Shown here in pieces: positions 60,175 to 64,000 of a DNA stretch of 64,000 nt; the first letter of the stretch is position 1; each line of letters begins with the position of its first letter. A program made the position numbers and the translations under genes. The notes beneath the pieces are model-generated. The model was not told the DNA's origin, did no database searches, and saw only the letters and a list, made by a program, of their open reading frames with translations. The DNA lies in NCBI GenBank assembly GCA_963743305.1, contig CAVUPH010000013.1, positions 128,001-192,000 on the forward strand, in the 5' to 3' direction. This DNA comes from an uncultured delta proteobacterium (lineage in GTDB: Bacteria > Desulfobacterota > RBG-13-43-22).

Positions 60175-60178
60175 ACCG

Positions 60179-60475
60179 GTGGCGAAGATTGATGCCTTGA
60201 TGCCTTGGAGGGAGGTGCCTTTGGGAGGCGCCATCCTGGAACCGGGCAATGCCAGGAAGTTTAAGACCGGAGACTGGCGGTCCAAAATCCGCCCGGTCAC
60301 CGATCGGGAAAAATGCATTAAATGCGGAATGTGTTGGGTGTTTTGTCCGGATATGGCCTATGCCCACCGGGAAGACGGCTATTTCGACTGGAATAGCGAT
60401 TACTGCAAAGGTTGCGGTATTTGCGCCCGGGAATGTCCCAAAGAGGCCATTCAGATGGTTGCGGAGGAAGAATAG
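60179..60475 (+). CDS. porD: Pyruvate/2-oxoacid:ferredoxin oxidoreductase delta subunit
   Basis: TGDWR, CIKCGMCWVFCP, CKGCGICARECP. Confidence 0.85.
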   Translation: MAKIDALMPWREVPLGGAILEPGNARKFKTGDWRSKIRPVTDREKCIKCGMCWVFCPDMAYAHREDGYFDWNSDYCKGCGICARECPKEAIQMVAEEE

Positions 60476-60477
60476 CT

Positions 60478-61656
60478 ATGGCCAAACGAGTCGGCATGGA
60501 GGTTTCCATTGCCATCAGCGAAGCGGTGAAGTTGGCCAATGTGGACGTTATTTCGGCCTATCCCATCACGCCCCAGACCCATATCGTGGAGCACCTTTCC
60601 GAATTTGTCAATGACGGGGAACTGCAGAGCGCTTTCATCCCGGTGGAGTCGGAGCATTCAGCCCTGAGCGCCGCCGTGGGGTCCTCGGCCGTGGGTGCCC
60701 GGACCTTCACGGCCACCAGTTCCCAGGGACTGGCCCTGATGCACGAGATCATGTTCGTGGCTTCCAGCCTGCGTCTGCCTATCGTCATGTCCGTGGTCAA
60801 CCGGGCCTTGTCGGCGCCGATCAATATCTGGAATGACCTGAGCGATATCATGACCGAGCGGGATACCGGCTGGGTCCAGCTTTTTGCCATCAACGGTCAG
60901 GAGGCCTTCGACCTGACCTTGCAGGCGTTTAAGATCGCCGAAGACCCGAGGGTTCTGCTTCCAGTGGCCGTCAACCTGGACGGGTTTATCCTCAGTCACG
61001 TGATTGAGCCCATCGAACTGTTGGATCAGCAGGAAGTGGATCAATTCCTGAGTCCCTTCCAGCCGGTGCTGCGCCTCGATCCGGACAAGCCCGTTTCCCT
61101 GGGCGCCTTTGGCAGTCCGGACGTCTTTATCGAGGTCAAGAAACAGATCGAGGAAGCCTTGATCGGCTCCCAGAAGGTGGTGGCCGAGGTCTGGAAGGAT
61201 TTCGGCCGGCTCTTTGGACGAAACTACAAGCCCGTGGAATCCTATAGAACCCAGGACGCCGAAACGTTGCTGATCACCATGGGCAGCATCAGCGAAACCG
61301 CCATGATGTCCGTGGATGCCCTGCGGGAGAAGGGGCAGAAGGTGGGGCTGATCCACATCCGACTCTGGCGGCCTTTTCCTTTTAAGGATTTTCTCCAGGC
61401 GATCAAGGGGGCCAAGGTCCTGGCGGTCCTGGATCGCGCCCTGGTGCCCGGGGGGGTCGGCGGGCCGGTGGGCCTGGAAGTGAAAGCCGCCCTTTATGGA
61501 AAGGCCGAACGGCCCTACGTGGCCGAATTTGTGGCCGGGCTGGGCGGCCGGGATTTGACGGTGGAGACCTTCATCGAGGTGCTGGACAAAGCCGGACGCT
61601 ATGCCCTAAAACAAAAAGACTTTCAATACGAATTGATCGGGGTGCGCGAAAAATGA
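60478..61656 (+). CDS. porA: Pyruvate/2-oxoacid:ferredoxin oxidoreductase alpha subunit
   Basis: AYPITPQT, VESEHSA, TSSQGL, GLGGRD. Confidence 0.85.
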   Translation: MAKRVGMEVSIAISEAVKLANVDVISAYPITPQTHIVEHLSEFVNDGELQSAFIPVESEHSALSAAVGSSAVGARTFTATSSQGLALMHEIMFVASSLRLPIVMSVVNRALSAPINIWNDLSDIMTERDTGWVQLFAINGQEAFDLTLQAFKIAEDPRVLLPVAVNLDGFILSHVIEPIELLDQQEVDQFLSPFQPVLRLDPDKPVSLGAFGSPDVFIEVKKQIEEALIGSQKVVAEVWKDFGRLFGRNYKPVESYRTQDAETLLITMGSISETAMMSVDALREKGQKVGLIHIRLWRPFPFKDFLQAIKGAKVLAVLDRALVPGGVGGPVGLEVKAALYGKAERPYVAEFVAGLGGRDLTVETFIEVLDKAGRYALKQKDFQYELIGVREK

Positions 61657-62639
61657 TTGCCGAGGATCTGAAAGAGTTCAAGAAATTTACGCCCAAGACC
61701 CTTCCCCGGGAAGAACCCCTGGTCTCCGGTCACCGGGCCTGCCAGGGTTGCGGGGAAGTGCTGGCCTTGCGCCTGGTGGCCAAAGCCATCGGCACGCCCA
61801 TGATCGTCGTCAGCGCCACGGGCTGCATGGAGATCATTTCCTCCCCCTTTCCCCAGACCGCCTGGGACGTGCCTTGGCTCCACGTGGCCTTTGAAAACTC
61901 CGCCGCCGTGGCTTCCGGGGTCGAGGCCGGGTTGAAAATCCTGATGGAGAAAAAAAGGATCCCGCAAAAGTCGATCAACGTCGTGGCCTTTGCCGGGGAT
62001 GGGGGTACCGCCGATATCGGCCTTCAGTCCCTTTCCGGGGCCATGGAACGGGGCCATAATTTTGTGTATGTCTGCCTGGATAACGAAGCCTATATGAACA
62101 CCGGTATCCAGCGTTCCAGTTCCACCCCCTTCGGGGCCATGACCACCACCTCGCCGGCCGGCAAGGTGATCGCCGGGCAAACCACCTGGAAAAAGAATAT
62201 GCCGGCCATCATGGCGGCCCATAATATCCCTTACGTGGCCACGGCTTCGCCGGCCTTTTACCTGGACCTGATGAACAAGGCCAAAAAAGCCTCGATGATC
62301 AAAGGCCCGGCCTATCTCCATGTCTATGCCTCCTGCCCCACGGGCTGGCGGCACGGATCGGATCTGGCCATCGAAGTGAGCCGGAAGGTGGTGGAGACGA
62401 ATATCTTTCCCTTGTATGAAATTGAAGAAGGAAGATATACGGTCCGCAAGAATAACAATCCTAAACCGGTGGAGGAATATTTTAAACAGCAGCGGCGCTT
62501 CGCTCACCTGACGCCGGAGATGTTCAAGATGATCCAGGACCGAACGGACAGGGATTACCAACGCTTGCTACAGATGGAAGCTTTGACCAACCCGGCCGCC
62601 GTTAAAAAGGAAGAACCGAAGGAGAAAGCGGCCGGATAA
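61653..62639 (+). CDS. porB: Pyruvate/2-oxoacid:ferredoxin oxidoreductase beta subunit
   Basis: ACQGCG, TGC, GDGG, DNEAYMNTG, CPTGW. Confidence 0.85.
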   Translation: MIAEDLKEFKKFTPKTLPREEPLVSGHRACQGCGEVLALRLVAKAIGTPMIVVSATGCMEIISSPFPQTAWDVPWLHVAFENSAAVASGVEAGLKILMEKKRIPQKSINVVAFAGDGGTADIGLQSLSGAMERGHNFVYVCLDNEAYMNTGIQRSSSTPFGAMTTTSPAGKVIAGQTTWKKNMPAIMAAHNIPYVATASPAFYLDLMNKAKKASMIKGPAYLHVYASCPTGWRHGSDLAIEVSRKVVETNIFPLYEIEEGRYTVRKNNNPKPVEEYFKQQRRFAHLTPEMFKMIQDRTDRDYQRLLQMEALTNPAAVKKEEPKEKAAG

Positions 62640-62744
62640 GTAGGATTTTTAAGTTTCCCCGTAGCGCAGTCCCGCTTGCAGCGGGATTTCGCTAGTGCTC
62701 AACCGAGGGGGCGGAAGAAAGAAAAGCAAGAGCGCAGCAAGTTA

Positions 62745-62910
62745 TTAACGGTCTCATAATAGAACCGACTACCTCGAGGTTCTCTTGTCGTCATTCCCGC
62801 AGCGCTTCTGGGCGGGAATCCAGCCTCGGTCTGGCACGATTCTGGATCCCCGACAAAGACACTCGGGGATGACGGTCGGTGGTATGTACAGACAATTATG
62901 AGACCCTTAA
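62745..62910. mobile_element. MITE-like element with TTAA-flanked terminal inverted repeats enclosing a REP-like hairpin
   Basis: TTAA-C-GGTCTCATAAT...ATTATGAGACC-C-TTAA; internal GTCATTCCCG...GGGAATCC...GGATCCCC...GGGGATGAC. Confidence 0.55.
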
Positions 62911-62928
62911 TATAACAACAATATAAAT

Positions 62929-63004
62929 TCCCCGGTAGCTCAGCCGGTAGAGCGGGTGGCTGTTAACCACTTGGTCGGCGGTTCGAATCCGTCCCGGGGA
63001 GCCA
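62929..63004 (+). tRNA. tRNA-Asn(GTT)
   Basis: TCCCCGG/CCGGGGA, GGTGG-CTGTTAA-CCACT, GTTCGAATC, GCCA. Confidence 0.95.
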
Positions 63005-63012
63005 TTCGACGC

Positions 63013-63049
63013 GAAAAGGGTCCCTTTATGAAACAAGGGACCCTTTTCT
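63013..63049 (+). terminator. Intrinsic terminator after tRNA-Asn
   Basis: GAAAAGGGTCCCTT...AAGGGACCCTTTTC. Confidence 0.7.
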
Positions 63050-63177
63050 TGTCTTTCGAGGACCTCAAGATCCCGAGTATTATCGAGGGACTCATGGCCT
63101 CCGGCCGATAAAGTCGTAAGCGGCGAATGGCCCTGAGCCTGTCGAAGGGCTACCCATCACCATTTATGAATTAAATT

Positions 63178-63486
63178 ATGCCTGAAATTGCATGGTTTTA
63201 TATCCTCAGACTACGTTCAGGAAAATTTTCCACCGGAGCTACCACTGACCTGGAACAGCGGTTCAAGGACCATCTTTGTGGTAATGCCTGCCGAACCACC
63301 CGATTGGATCCACCGGTTGCTTTGATTCATTCAGAAGAATGTCAAACATTTAGCGATGCCAGAAAGCGAGAGGCACAGATAAAACGTTGGTCCCGGGCAA
63401 AGAAGGAATCACTAATAGCTGGTGACCTTAATAAGTTAAACCAGTTGTCCAAAACAAAGTCAAAACAAGAGGGACGTAAGGATTAG
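63178..63486 (+). CDS. Small GIY-YIG nuclease family protein (UPF0213-like)
   Basis: FYIL...FSTGATTDLEQR..H, ARKREAQIKRWSRAKK. Confidence 0.85.
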   Translation: MPEIAWFYILRLRSGKFSTGATTDLEQRFKDHLCGNACRTTRLDPPVALIHSEECQTFSDARKREAQIKRWSRAKKESLIAGDLNKLNQLSKTKSKQEGRKD

Positions 63487-63752
63487 GTTATAGATTTAGC
63501 GTCGAATGATCCTTGAGCCTACCCGAGTAGTATTGAGGGACGAGTCCAAAGGCCAAAATCCAGAAAATGACTCAATCCTTTTCCTGAAGCCAATTATTTT
63601 TTCTATTCCGCAATCCAAATTCCACAAAGTCCCCTGACCTGAAATCCCCCTTGACACCCTTTCTTCTTATTGTATGATATATCATCTGATGTACACTTTG
63701 TTATGAATATTGATTGGACCAAACCTCTCAGGTGCTTGAAAGGAGAGCGGCT

Positions 63753-63965
63753 TTGAGTACCCCGGTCGACATCCCCCGATTAGTCCGTGAGCTCCGAAAA
63801 CGAACGGGGCTCACCCAGGAGAAATTCGCGGCCAAGCTTGGTGTGACCTACCCAACCATCAACCGTTGGGAGAACGGTCGGGCTAAGCCGTCGCCGTTGG
63901 CCATGCAGAAGATCGATGATCTACTAGACAGCATGGGGGAGAAAGATGTTGGATTGCTGAAATGA
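63753..63965 (+). CDS. XRE-family helix-turn-helix regulator
   Basis: GLTQEKFAAKLGVTYPTINRWENGRAKPS; AGGAG RBS; TTGACA-16-TATGAT at 63651-63678. Confidence 0.88.
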   Translation: MSTPVDIPRLVRELRKRTGLTQEKFAAKLGVTYPTINRWENGRAKPSPLAMQKIDDLLDSMGEKDVGLLK

Positions 63966-64000
63966 CCTACTGGCGGTGTAAATTTGAGATGATCCGATGA

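Overview
This is a chromosomal window from an anaerobic deltaproteobacterium-like organism (Desulfobacterota-like, inferred from gene content and intergenic repeat families). Housekeeping loci include a Vor/Kor-type and a Por-type 2-oxoacid:ferredoxin oxidoreductase operon, ilvBN, fabD, hpt, system II cytochrome c maturation (resB-ccsA), serS, queD, tadA, dnaX, ybaB-recR and four tRNAs (Met-CAT, Ser-CGA, Ser-GGA, Asn-GTT). Accessory regions: (1) a sigma28-promoted operon of a sensor-less chemoreceptor, a 62-aa protein and two divergent V4R-fold proteins (7.3-9.9 kb), which is the best candidate for an undescribed system; (2) a signalling cassette with two REC-HD-GYP proteins, an NtrC-type activator, a sigma54 promoter, an orphan FliA and two sensors; (3) a candidate structured leader RNA with a terminator upstream of an unusual 531-aa GNAT protein; (4) a ~9.6 kb chromate/arsenate block separating dnaX from ybaB-recR; (5) REP/MITE-like palindromes and a repeat-flanked GIY-YIG nuclease next to tRNA-Asn. 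Four genes carry single-base frameshifts. No CRISPR array, rRNA, integrase or transposase was seen. All calls come from motif recognition by eye, without database searches.
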